From Clostridia bacterium (GTDB lineage: Bacteria; Bacillota; Clostridia; Oscillospirales; CAG-272), in the NCBI GenBank assembly GCA_017961575.1, contig JAGCXA010000053.1, forward strand, positions 26,347 to 90,346: a stretch of DNA of 64,000 nucleotides. Direction: 5' to 3'. The notes below the pieces were generated by a model. That model did not search any database. It saw only the letters and a program-made list of their open reading frames with translations, and had not been told where the DNA came from. Positions 48,190-59,240 of this stretch are shown here, piece after piece; positions within the stretch are counted from its first letter, which is position 1, and each line of letters starts with the position of its first letter. The position numbers were made by a program, and so were the translations under genes.

Positions 48190-49734
48190 TTATTTCGCGT
48201 AGTCTGTGTACCGGCTTTCCCGGATCACGTTGACCTTGATCTGTCCGGGATATTCGAGTTCGCCCTCGATCTTCTTGGCGATATCGTGCGCCAACAGTTT
48301 CATCTCGTCGTCGCCGATCATTTCGGGCTTGACGATCACGCGCACCTCGCGTCCCGCCTGAATGGCGAAGGATTTTTCGACGCCGTTGAACTCGGAGGAG
48401 ATCTCCTCAAGTTTCTGCAAGCGCTTGATATAGTTCTCGACGTTCTCACGCCGCGCGCCGGGACGCGCCGCCGAGATGGCGTCGGACGCCTGCACGAGCA
48501 GAGCGACGATGGACTTCGCCTCGACGTCGCCGTGGTGCGCCTCGATCGCGTGGATCACGTCCTTGCTCTCGTGGTACTTCTTCGCCACGTCCACGCCGAG
48601 CTGTACGTGCGAGCCCTCGATCTCGGCGGTCAGCGCCTTACCGATGTCGTGGAGGAGCCCCGCGCGCTTCGCCAGGGTGGAGTCGACGCCGAGTTCGTCC
48701 GCCATGATCCCGGAAAGCAGCGACACTTCGATCGAGTGGCGCAGGACGTTCTGCCCGTAACTCGTCCGGTATTTCAGCCGTCCGAGCAGTTTGACCAGTT
48801 CGGGATTCAATCCGTGGACGCCGGTCTCAAACACGGCTTTTTCGCCCGCCTGCTTGATCGACTGCTCGACGTCGCGCCGGGCTTTTTCCACCATTTCCTC
48901 GATGCGGGCGGGGTGGATCCGACCGTCGGTGATGAGTTTTTCGAGCGCGAGCCGTGCAATCTCGCGCCGGACGGGATCGAACCCGGAGATCGTGATGACC
49001 TCGGGGGTGTCGTCGATGATGAGTTCCACGCCGGTCAGGGTCTCGATCGTGCGGATGTTCCGTCCTTCACGGCCGATGATCCGTCCCTTCATATCCTCGT
49101 TCGGGAGCGAAACCACCGAGATGGCGACCTCGCTGACGTGATCGGCGGCGCAGCGCTGGATCGCGAGCGAGAGGATGTCCTTCGCCTTCGCGTCGGCTTC
49201 CTCGCGGAACTGCGCTTCGTATTCGGAGAGTTTCAGGGCGGTTTCGTGCTGGAGTTCGCCCGAGAGCTTGTCGAGCAGTTCGCGCTTGGCTTCGTCGCTC
49301 GTCATCCCGGAGATCTTCTCCAGTTTGACGGTCTCGGTCTCTTTCAGCGCGGTGATCTCGGCGATCTTGTCCTCCGCTTCCTTGTATTTCTGTTGAAGGG
49401 CGACCTCCCTCTTCTCCATTCTTTCGAGTTTGCCGTCCAGATTCTCCTCTTTCTGGGCGAGCCGGTGTTCTTGACGCGAGATCTCGCGTCTGCGGTCCTT
49501 GATCTCGGCGTCCGCGTCGTTTTTCAGCCGGATGCTCTCTTCTTTCGCTTCGAGCAGGGCTTCTTTCTTGCGGGTCTCTGCGGTGCGGATCGCGGTTTCA
49601 AGGATCTGTTTTGCTTCCGCTTCGGCGGAGGCGAGTTTTGCTTTGCCGCTGTTTTTGAGGAACAGGTAGGTGGCGAGTCCGCCGACGGCGAGCGCGGCGA
49701 CAGCCACGATGATGTACCAAACGAAATCGGGCAT
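48190..49734 (-). CDS. rny: Ribonuclease Y
   Basis: N-terminal TM helix, coiled coil, [33 protein letters not shown]. Confidence 0.97.
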   Translation of the reverse strand: MPDFVWYIIVAVAALAVGGLATYLFLKNSGKAKLASAEAEAKQILETAIRTAETRKKEALLEAKEESIRLKNDADAEIKDRRREISRQEHRLAQKEENLDGKLERMEKREVALQQKYKEAEDKIAEITALKETETVKLEKISGMTSDEAKRELLDKLSGELQHETALKLSEYEAQFREEADAKAKDILSLAIQRCAADHVSEVAISVVSLPNEDMKGRIIGREGRNIRTIETLTGVELIIDDTPEVITISGFDPVRREIARLALEKLITDGRIHPARIEEMVEKARRDVEQSIKQAGEKAVFETGVHGLNPELVKLLGRLKYRTSYGQNVLRHSIEVSLLSGIMADELGVDSTLAKRAGLLHDIGKALTAEIEGSHVQLGVDVAKKYHESKDVIHAIEAHHGDVEAKSIVALLVQASDAISAARPGARRENVENYIKRLQKLEEISSEFNGVEKSFAIQAGREVRVIVKPEMIGDDEMKLLAHDIAKKIEGELEYPGQIKVNVIRESRYTDYAK

Positions 49735-49973
49735 TTCTTTTCCTTTCTGAATTGTATTTCGCGGGGGTGCGCGAACGTCCGGGCTCCGCTTGGATTCAGC
49801 GGGGCGCGCGTCGCGCCGAGGCGCGGCGTTCGTCGCTCCGGGAAGGCGGGTCTTTGCTCTATTTCCGCGGGCGAGGGGGAACGCCGGAGGTTTTGTGATG
49901 GACCCCGGTTTCGGGGCCGCGGGGCGTTTCGTTCGCCCGTTACACGTCGGGCGTATGAAAAATCCCATTGAAT

Positions 49974-50002
49974 ATTATACTATATATATTCTCCAAAGTC
50001 AA
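49974..50002 (-). promoter_or_regulatory. SigA promoter of rny
   Basis: TTGACT-17bp-TATAAT. Confidence 0.75.
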
Positions 50003-50228
50003 GCGTATAAAGACCGAAAAAGGAGGCGATTTTGTCCCCTCGCCGTCGCCCCCGCGTCCCGCCTCGCCGCCGTCTCCCGGTTGGCGCTCGCCCGCGCCGT
50101 CCGCCGAACCGACGCCGCGCGCCGTTCGCCGCTCCCCCGGTTTCCCCTTTTTCGACCGCACGCGAACGCTTTTTAGCAGTCTCGGCGCACAATTAACAGT
50201 TTGTTCACAAAAATCCGCCCCCGAACCC

Positions 50229-50257
50229 TTGACAAAACGCCGTTCGGGTGGTATCTT
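50229..50257 (+). promoter_or_regulatory. SigA promoter of hrcA operon
   Basis: TTGACA-17bp-TATCTT with extended TG. Confidence 0.8.
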
Positions 50258-50268
50258 ATATCATGAAA

Positions 50269-50295
50269 TTAGCACTCGCCCGCTTTGAGTGCTAA
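50269..50295. promoter_or_regulatory. CIRCE operator
   Basis: Perfect TTAGCACTC-N9-GAGTGCTAA. Confidence 0.97.
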
Positions 50296-50339
50296 GGCAG
50301 AGGGCGGAACGCCCGAAAACGACCGGGAGGGAGGAAACC

Positions 50340-51419
50340 ATGACGGAACTGATGGGGCGGGATGAAGAACTCCTGCTCAGCGATCGGAAAAAGAAGATCC
50401 TGAAAGCGATCATCGACGCGCACGTCGCGTACGGCGAGCCGGTCGGATCGAAATATCTGGCGCAGGACGCAGGGCTGAACTGTTCCTCCGCGACGATCCG
50501 CAACGAGATGGCGGAACTCGAAGCGATGGGGCTGCTCGAACAGCCGCACACGTCGGCGGGGCGCGTCCCCTCCGAACTCGGTTACCGCTACTACGTGAAC
50601 GCCCTGCTCCGGCACTACCGGATGACGACCGACGAGATCGAGCAGATCAACCGCACCCTGCGGCAGAAGGTCAGCGAGATGGACGGCATCCTCGCCGAGG
50701 CGTCGCGGCTGGCGTCAAGGATCACCAACTACACCGGCTTCTCGGTCAAACCGCGCGCCGTCGGGCGCCGCGTCGAGAAGTTCGAGGGCGTCTTCCGCGA
50801 CCCGCGGAACTTCGTGCTCGTGATGCTGCTCGACGACGGAAGCGTCAAGACGCGGAACATCCGGCTTTCCTTCTCCTTCGGGGAGGAGGACACCGAGCGG
50901 CTGATCGCCGCTTTGAACGAGCAGATCGCGGGCGCGACGGTCGAGGAGATCTCGCTGCCCCGGATCCGCGAACTCGAACGCAGGATGGGCAGCGTTTCGG
51001 CGGTGGTGCATCCGATCGTGTCTGCTGTCTACGACACGCTGACCGAGGACGTCGGCGGGGATTTGCAGGTCGAGGGCGTGAACCGCCTGCTTCAATATCC
51101 CGAGTATTCCGACGTCGGGGAACTCCGTTCGGTGATGGATCTGCTCGAAACGAAGGAACCGCTGCTCGACGTCATCAGCGCGGGGCGCGACAGCCGCGAC
51201 GTGAACGTCTATATCGGAAGCGAGAACAACGTCAAGGTGATGTCGAACTCCACTCTTGTCTTCAAGACGGTGCGCCGGGACGGGCGGGTCGTCGGGGCGA
51301 TCGGGATCATCGGACCGCGCCGGATGGACTACGCGAAGGTCATCTCGACCATCGACGAACTGGCGGCGGGCATCGACCATCTGCTGAAAGACGGCGAAGA
51401 GCCGGAGAACGGCAGTTAG
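50340..51419 (+). CDS. hrcA: Heat-inducible transcription repressor HrcA
   Basis: EPVGSK, SSATIRNEMA.LE..G.LEQPHTSAGRVPS..GYRYYV, IGPRRMDY. Confidence 0.97.
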   Translation: MTELMGRDEELLLSDRKKKILKAIIDAHVAYGEPVGSKYLAQDAGLNCSSATIRNEMAELEAMGLLEQPHTSAGRVPSELGYRYYVNALLRHYRMTTDEIEQINRTLRQKVSEMDGILAEASRLASRITNYTGFSVKPRAVGRRVEKFEGVFRDPRNFVLVMLLDDGSVKTRNIRLSFSFGEEDTERLIAALNEQIAGATVEEISLPRIRELERRMGSVSAVVHPIVSAVYDTLTEDVGGDLQVEGVNRLLQYPEYSDVGELRSVMDLLETKEPLLDVISAGRDSRDVNVYIGSENNVKVMSNSTLVFKTVRRDGRVVGAIGIIGPRRMDYAKVISTIDELAAGIDHLLKDGEEPENGS

Positions 51420-51441
51420 ACCGCGAAAGGAAGGATCATCA

Positions 51442-52041
51442 ATGGAAGAGAACAAAACCCCGGTTGAAGAAACCGTGAAAGAGGCACCCCCGGCGGAAAC
51501 CGCGGACGCTCCCGCAGAAGCGAAAGCCGAGGCGGCGACCCCGGAGAGCGAACGCAAACACAAAGCGCGCGAGGAAAAGCGCGAACTCGCGGCGGCAAAG
51601 GAAAAGGCGGCGGAACTCGAAAAGGCGCTCGCCGAGGAGAAGGAAAAGTATCTACGGATGTTCGCCGAGTACGACAACTTCCGCAGGCGCTCGCAGAAGG
51701 AGCGCGACGGGATCTACACCGACGCCGTGTCCGACGTCGTGGGGGCGATCCTGCCGATCGCCGACAACCTTGAACGCGCGGGCCGCTATTCCGACGGCGA
51801 CGGCGAGAAGGTGGCGGAGGGACTCCGGCTGACGATGAACGCGCTGTCCGAGTGCCTTACCAAACTCGGCGTCACGGCGTTCGGGGAGGTCGGCGACAAG
51901 TTCGACCCCAACCTCCACAACGCGATCATGCACGAGGAGGACGAAGCGAAGGGAGAGGGCGAGATCGTCGAGGTCTTCCAGCCCGGCTACCGACGCGGCG
52001 ACAAGATCATCCGCTACGCGATGGTCAAGGTCGCGAACTGA
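51442..52041 (+). CDS. grpE: Nucleotide exchange factor GrpE
   Basis: AEYDNFRRR, FDPNLHNA, GY....IIRYAMVKV. Confidence 0.96.
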   Translation: MEENKTPVEETVKEAPPAETADAPAEAKAEAATPESERKHKAREEKRELAAAKEKAAELEKALAEEKEKYLRMFAEYDNFRRRSQKERDGIYTDAVSDVVGAILPIADNLERAGRYSDGDGEKVAEGLRLTMNALSECLTKLGVTAFGEVGDKFDPNLHNAIMHEEDEAKGEGEIVEVFQPGYRRGDKIIRYAMVKVAN

Positions 52042-52125
52042 AACGAAAAAAACGGCGCGGGGCGCCGGCACAACCGCCCCGACGATCAACAAGTTTAATT
52101 TAAGTTGCGTTTTATACGGAGGTAA

Positions 52126-53958
<1,833 letters not shown>

Positions 53959-54054
53959 CGAAACCCGCCTGTCCCGGGGGAAGGCGCGCCCGCGCGGCGC
54001 CCGCTTTCCCCCGGACGGGTCTTTTTCGGGAAAAAGCAAGAGAGGAAGAAACCG

Positions 54055-54783
54055 ATGATTCTGTTCTACGTTCGCCACGGCGAACCTACCTATCACCCCG
54101 ACGAACTGACCCCCGTCGGACTCCGACAGGCGGAGGCGGTGGGGCGCCGTCTTGCCCGCTACGGACTTAACAAGATCTTCAGTTCCACGGCGAATCGCGC
54201 GCTGCAAACGGCGCAGCCCGCGGCGGAACTGACCCACCGCGAGATCGTGAAACTCGACTGGGCGAACGAGGGGCACGCGTGGACCGAGATGGCGGTCGAG
54301 GACGACCGGAACCCGGGGCACAAGCATTGGTGCTTCTCGATCCCGTCGATCCGCAGAAAACTCTCCTCTCCCGAGGTGCTGTCGCTCGGCGACAGATGGT
54401 ACGAGGCGCCCGGCTTCCCGCCCAACCGGTTCAAGGACGCGGTGGAGCGGGTGAACCGCGAACTCGACGCCTGGATCGAATCGCTCGGGTACAAGCACGA
54501 CCGGGAGAACAAATACTACGTTCCGGTTTCTCCGAACGACGACCGCGTCGCGATCTTCGCGCATCAGGGGTTCGGCAACCTGTTCTTCTCGTCGCTTTTC
54601 GATATTCCGTATCCGCTCTGGGCGACCCGGTTCGATCAGAACTACACGGGGCTCAGCGCGATCTGGTTTGAGGAGAGCGCCGGGGTCGTGATCCCGAAAA
54701 TGATCCAATTCTCGGGCGACGGACACCTCTACGCCTCCGATCTCCCGACCGAATTCAACAAGAAAAGGGATCTGTGTTTCTGA
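54055..54783 (+). CDS. Histidine phosphatase (phosphoglycerate mutase family)
   Basis: YVRHGE, LT..G..QA, SS...RA.QTA, IFAHQG. Confidence 0.88.
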   Translation: MILFYVRHGEPTYHPDELTPVGLRQAEAVGRRLARYGLNKIFSSTANRALQTAQPAAELTHREIVKLDWANEGHAWTEMAVEDDRNPGHKHWCFSIPSIRRKLSSPEVLSLGDRWYEAPGFPPNRFKDAVERVNRELDAWIESLGYKHDRENKYYVPVSPNDDRVAIFAHQGFGNLFFSSLFDIPYPLWATRFDQNYTGLSAIWFEESAGVVIPKMIQFSGDGHLYASDLPTEFNKKRDLCF

Positions 54784-54813
54784 TCCGGTAAGCAAACCGA
54801 GGACTAAGACAGT

Positions 54814-55941
54814 ATGGCAGAAACGAAAAGAGACTATTACGAGGTGCTCGGCGTCGACAAGGGCGCCGACGACGCCGCGATCAAGAGCGCGTACCGCAAA
54901 CTGGCGAAGCAGTATCACCCCGATCTGCATCCCGGCGACAAGGCGGCGGAGGCGAAATTCAAGGAAGTGAACGAGGCGTACTCGGTCCTGTCCGACGCCG
55001 AAAAACGCGCCGCGTACGACCGCTACGGCCACGCCGCGTTCGATCCTTCGATGGGCGGCGGAGGCGGAGGAGCCGGGTTCGGCGGCTTCGGCGGCTTCGA
55101 TATGGGCGACATCTTCTCGTCCTTTTTCGGGGGCGGCGGCGCAAGCCGGCGCAGCGCCCGGATGGACGGCGAGGATGTGGCGCTCCGGGTCTACCTGTCG
55201 TTTGACGAGGCGTACGCCGGCGTCAAGCGCGACGTGAAGTTCGACCGGATCGAAAAGTGCGCCGACTGCGGCGGCACGGGCGCCGAAAAGGGAAGCAAGA
55301 TCGAGACCTGTTCGGTCTGCCACGGGCGCGGCACGGTCGTCACCCAGCGCCAGACCCTGCTCGGAATGATGCAGTCCGAACAGACCTGTCAGGCGTGCCG
55401 CGGGACCGGCAAGTCGATCAAGAATCCCTGCAAGAATTGCCGCGGAAGCGGGTACGTAAAACTGACCAAGACGCTCGAGGTCTCGATCCCCGCCGGGATC
55501 GACGACGGACAGCGGATCGTTCTGCGCGGGCAGGGGAACGCAGGGCGGAACGGCGGCGTCGCCGGCGATCTTCTGATCGAGGTGCGCGTCCGTCCGCACG
55601 ATCTGTTCGAGCGGAGAGGGAGCAACCTCTTCTGCGAGATCCCGATCACCTTTACCGACGCCGCGCTCGGCGCAGAGATCGAGGTGCCGACCATGACCGG
55701 GAAGACCAAGTTCACGATCCCGGAGGGAACGCAGTCGGGCGCCGAGTTCACCGTCAAAGGGCAGGGAATGCCGTCGGTCTCGTCGAAACGGAAAGGCGAC
55801 CTGATCTTCGCCGTCACCGTCGAAGTGCCGAAGGGACTGAACGCCAGCCAGAAGAAACTGCTGAACGAATTCGCAAAGTCCTGCGGAGACGGGAACAACG
55901 CGAAGAGAAGCGGCTTTCTCAAACGGTTTTTGAAGAAATGA
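54814..55941 (+). CDS. dnaJ: Chaperone DnaJ
   Basis: [13 protein letters not shown]-rich region, four CxxCxGxG repeats. Confidence 0.97.
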   Translation: MAETKRDYYEVLGVDKGADDAAIKSAYRKLAKQYHPDLHPGDKAAEAKFKEVNEAYSVLSDAEKRAAYDRYGHAAFDPSMGGGGGGAGFGGFGGFDMGDIFSSFFGGGGASRRSARMDGEDVALRVYLSFDEAYAGVKRDVKFDRIEKCADCGGTGAEKGSKIETCSVCHGRGTVVTQRQTLLGMMQSEQTCQACRGTGKSIKNPCKNCRGSGYVKLTKTLEVSIPAGIDDGQRIVLRGQGNAGRNGGVAGDLLIEVRVRPHDLFERRGSNLFCEIPITFTDAALGAEIEVPTMTGKTKFTIPEGTQSGAEFTVKGQGMPSVSSKRKGDLIFAVTVEVPKGLNASQKKLLNEFAKSCGDGNNAKRSGFLKRFLKK

Positions 55942-55994
55942 AAGGCGCGCGCATACGGCACAGGACGGAAAACAAAAAGGAAAGAACATAAAAA

Positions 55995-56460
55995 CCGTTG
56001 ATGCTTTTCGCTCTGTAACTGTTCTCTGCATAGCAAAACGCAATAGAGGTTGAAACCCGCTCGCGGTCGCGAACGGGTTTCTTCTTTTTGTTTGTATTTT
56101 TGTTTTCCTCTCGCCGTTTGCGATCCCGTCGCCGTCAAATCCCGTTTGCGCGTCGTTCGTAAACTCGCTCCTTCAAACGGGTTTTTGGGGCGACACCACT
56201 TCACGAAAACGCCCCACCGGGGCGTTTTCGCTCGCTAACCTCTCGCAGTACGTAGATACAGCTTCGGATCGCAAACGACGACCCTGCACTCGCCTGCGCG
56301 CGGCAAGGCGGCATTTGCTGGCGCGGTTAGGTTGAAAGGCGACCGATCAAAGTCGCGGCTATAGAACCGCAAAACGGCGTCAGTCGAAAGGGGACGCCGT
56401 TTTGCTCTTCCATAATCCCTTATGGAAGTTCTTTGCCCCGCTTTCTTTCAAGAAAGCGGG
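55995..56460 (-). repeat. Structured mosaic intergenic repeat, long copy 2 (modules A-C-D)
   Basis: Reverse complement is collinear with 8865-9335; the module D hairpin with T-tract (about 56052-56095, + strand) may terminate dnaJ. Confidence 0.8.
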
Positions 56461-56478
56461 ACGTCTCCCTCTCGTTCC

Positions 56479-56643
56479 TCAATCCTTTTTCTTCTTACAA
56501 TCGTACGGACAAGAGGAGCAGCCGCAGGAACAGGAGCCGCCTTTCTTGCGGGCGCGGATGGTGAAAAAGAGAGCGAGCGCGACCGCGGCGACCAGCACGG
56601 CGACGACGATCACGGTAGCAAAATTCTCTTGCAACCACGCCAT
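56479..56643 (-). CDS. FeoB-associated Cys-rich membrane protein (54 aa)
   Basis: MAWLQENFATVIVVAVLVAAVALALFFTIRARKKGGSCSCGCSSCPYDCKKKKD directly after feoB; below the ORF-track size cutoff. Confidence 0.85.
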   Translation of the reverse strand: MAWLQENFATVIVVAVLVAAVALALFFTIRARKKGGSCSCGCSSCPYDCKKKKD

Positions 56644-56646
56644 TTT

Positions 56647-59010
56647 TTACAACACCCCCCCGACGAGAAGAACGATCAGCCGGACAAGTCCGGCGACGAT
56701 CCAAGCGACCGAGCATTGCAGGGCGACGACGGCGGCTGCCCAGCGCACGCCGAGTTCGCGCCGGATCGAGGCGATCGCGGCGACGCAGGGCGTATAGAGC
56801 AGGCAGAAGACGAGGAAGGGCAGAGCCGACGCGGGCGAGAGCAGCGTCGCGACCGACGCCCCGCCGAGCAGGACGGTGACCGAGGAGACGACGCTCTCCT
56901 TCGCGATGAATCCCGTGATCAGCGCGACCGAGATCTGCCACGACCCGAACCCGAGCGGACGGAAGATCGGCGCGACAAACCCGGCGACGCGCGCGAGGAT
57001 ACTGTCGGCGTTCGCGCCCTCGGCGGCGAGGTAGTTCAGCCGCGGATCAAAGCTTTGCAGGAACCAGATCACCAGCGTCGCGAGGAAGATTACCGTAAAG
57101 GCGCGCCGCAGGAAATCCCCCGCCTTCTCCCGGAGCAGGAGCCACACGTTTTTCCACCCCGGCAGGCGGTAGTTCGGCAACTCCATCACAAAGGGCATCG
57201 CCTCGCCCCGGAAAAGCGCGCGCCGGAAGAGCAGCGCCATCAGGATCCCGACCAGGATCCCGCCGAAATAGAGCCCCGCCATCACGAGCGCCGCCCACCG
57301 CCCGAAAAACGCGGCGGAAAAGAACGCGTAGATCGGCAACTTCGCCGAACAACTCATATACGGGGTCAGGAGGATCGTCATTTTCCGGTCTCGCTCCGAC
57401 GGGAGCGTCCGACTCGCCATCACGCCCGGCACCGTGCAGCCGAACCCGATCAGCATCGGCACGATGCTCCGCCCGGAAAGCCCGATCTTCCGGAACAACT
57501 TGTCGGCGACGAACGCCACGCGCGCCATATACCCCGTGTCTTCAAGCAGGGACAGGAAGAAGAACAAAGTCACGATCGTCGGCAAAAACGACAGCACCGA
57601 CCCCACGCCCGTAAAGATCCCGTCCACGACGAGAGAACGTAAAGAAACATTTACATTCGCCACGACGAGGGCGTCGGACACCACGCCGCCGAGCGCGTCG
57701 ATCCCGAGCGAAAGCGCGTCGGAGAGAAACTTCCCGATCACGTTGAAGGTGAGAAAGAAGACCAGACCCATAATCAGGACGAAGAGAGGGATCGCGGAGA
57801 ACCTGCCGGTCAGGACCCGGTCGATCCTTTCGCTTCTTCTGCGTTCGGGGCTCTCCTTCGTCCGCACGACGGTCTCGCGGCAGACGCGCCGGATGAAGGC
57901 GAAGCGCATATCGGCGATGGCGGCGGCGCGGTCGAGCCCGCGTTCGCTCTCCATCTGCTTCACCATATGTTCCAGCAATTCGCGCTCGTTTTTGTCGAGC
58001 GAGAGCCGTTCAAGGATCTCCTTGTCGCCCTCCGCCAGTTTCGCGGCGGCGAAGCGGACGGGGATGCCCGCTTCACGGGCGTGGTCTTCGGTCAGGTGCA
58101 TGATCCCGTGCAGACAGCGGTGCACCGGCGCGCCGACCCCTTCCGGGTCGCAGAAGTCCTGCCGCCCGGGTCTCTCCTGATACTTGGCGATGTGGACGGC
58201 GTGATCGATCAGTTCGCGGATCCCCTCGCCCTTCGACGCGGAGATCGGCACGACCGGGATCCCCAGCAGCTCTTCCATCCGGTTGACGTCGATCGACCCC
58301 CCGCCCGAACGCACCTCGTCCATCATGTTGAGGGCAAGCACGGTCGGAACTTCCAGTTCGAGCAGCTGCATCGTCAGGTAGAGGTTCCGTTCGATGTTGG
58401 TCGCGTCCACGATGTTGATGATGCAATGCGGCTTTTCGTTCAGGATGTGCGCCCGCGTCACCAGTTCTTCCGAGGAGTAGGGGGAGAGCGAGTAGATGCC
58501 CGGCAGGTCGGTCACGACGGTGTTCTTGTATCCCTTGATCGGACCGTCCTTTTTGTCCACCGTCACCCCGGGAAAGTTCCCGACGTGCTGGTTCGAGCCG
58601 GTCAGTTGGTTGAAGAGGGTGGTTTTTCCGCAGTTCTGGTTTCCCGCGAGCGCGAAGGTCAGCGTCGTTCCGGCGGGCAGGGGATTCTCGTCGGCTTTCA
58701 CGTGATAGTTCTTTCCGCTCTCGCCGAACCCCGGGTGTGTGGCGGCTTTTTTGGGGGGTTCCTCGTCTTCCGCCGTCGGTTCGTCGGTTTGTTCGGCGAC
58801 CTTGATCTTCGCCGCGTCGGCGAGTCGGAGGGTCAGTTCGTAACTGTGGATCCGGATCTCGACCGGGTCGCCGAGCGGCGCGTGTTTGACCATCGAGACG
58901 GAGACGCCCGGCACGATGCCCATATCCAGAAGATGCTGACGCAGGGCGCCGGTTCCGCCCACCTCGACGACCGTCGCCGACCGTCCGATCGGCAGTTCTT
59001 TCAGAGTCAT
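56647..59010 (-). CDS. feoB: Ferrous iron transporter, FeoA-FeoB fusion
   Basis: N-terminal FeoA (LLDMGIVPG..APLGDP); GNQNCGKTT, VGNFPGVTVD, DLPGIYSL, NMMD; GFGCTVP, PYMSCSA, LLYTPC. Confidence 0.95.
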   Translation of the reverse strand: MTLKELPIGRSATVVEVGGTGALRQHLLDMGIVPGVSVSMVKHAPLGDPVEIRIHSYELTLRLADAAKIKVAEQTDEPTAEDEEPPKKAATHPGFGESGKNYHVKADENPLPAGTTLTFALAGNQNCGKTTLFNQLTGSNQHVGNFPGVTVDKKDGPIKGYKNTVVTDLPGIYSLSPYSSEELVTRAHILNEKPHCIINIVDATNIERNLYLTMQLLELEVPTVLALNMMDEVRSGGGSIDVNRMEELLGIPVVPISASKGEGIRELIDHAVHIAKYQERPGRQDFCDPEGVGAPVHRCLHGIMHLTEDHAREAGIPVRFAAAKLAEGDKEILERLSLDKNERELLEHMVKQMESERGLDRAAAIADMRFAFIRRVCRETVVRTKESPERRRSERIDRVLTGRFSAIPLFVLIMGLVFFLTFNVIGKFLSDALSLGIDALGGVVSDALVVANVNVSLRSLVVDGIFTGVGSVLSFLPTIVTLFFFLSLLEDTGYMARVAFVADKLFRKIGLSGRSIVPMLIGFGCTVPGVMASRTLPSERDRKMTILLTPYMSCSAKLPIYAFFSAAFFGRWAALVMAGLYFGGILVGILMALLFRRALFRGEAMPFVMELPNYRLPGWKNVWLLLREKAGDFLRRAFTVIFLATLVIWFLQSFDPRLNYLAAEGANADSILARVAGFVAPIFRPLGFGSWQISVALITGFIAKESVVSSVTVLLGGASVATLLSPASALPFLVFCLLYTPCVAAIASIRRELGVRWAAAVVALQCSVAWIVAGLVRLIVLLVGGVL

Positions 59011-59064
59011 ACTCGTACCTCGTCGCACCGGACGGCGCGACGCCCCTTCCCGTAATTCGTCTCT

Positions 59065-59093
59065 ATTATACTTTCCTCTTTCCGATTTGTCAA
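59065..59093 (-). promoter_or_regulatory. Consensus SigA promoter of feoAB
   Basis: TTGACA-17bp-TATAAT. Confidence 0.85.
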
Positions 59094-59133
59094 CGGGCAC
59101 GCCCGCGCCCGCGAAAAAAGTGCCGAAAAGGGT

Positions 59134-59162
59134 TTGACAATCTTTTGCATATGATGTATAAT
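59134..59162 (+). promoter_or_regulatory. Consensus SigA promoter
   Basis: TTGACA-17bp-TATAAT. Confidence 0.85.
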
Positions 59163-59240
59163 GAAAATTAAGTAAGTATATATTTTCGCGCGGAACGGAC
59201 CATTCGACATCTCTTCACTTTCTACGAAGGAGAGCAAGCC

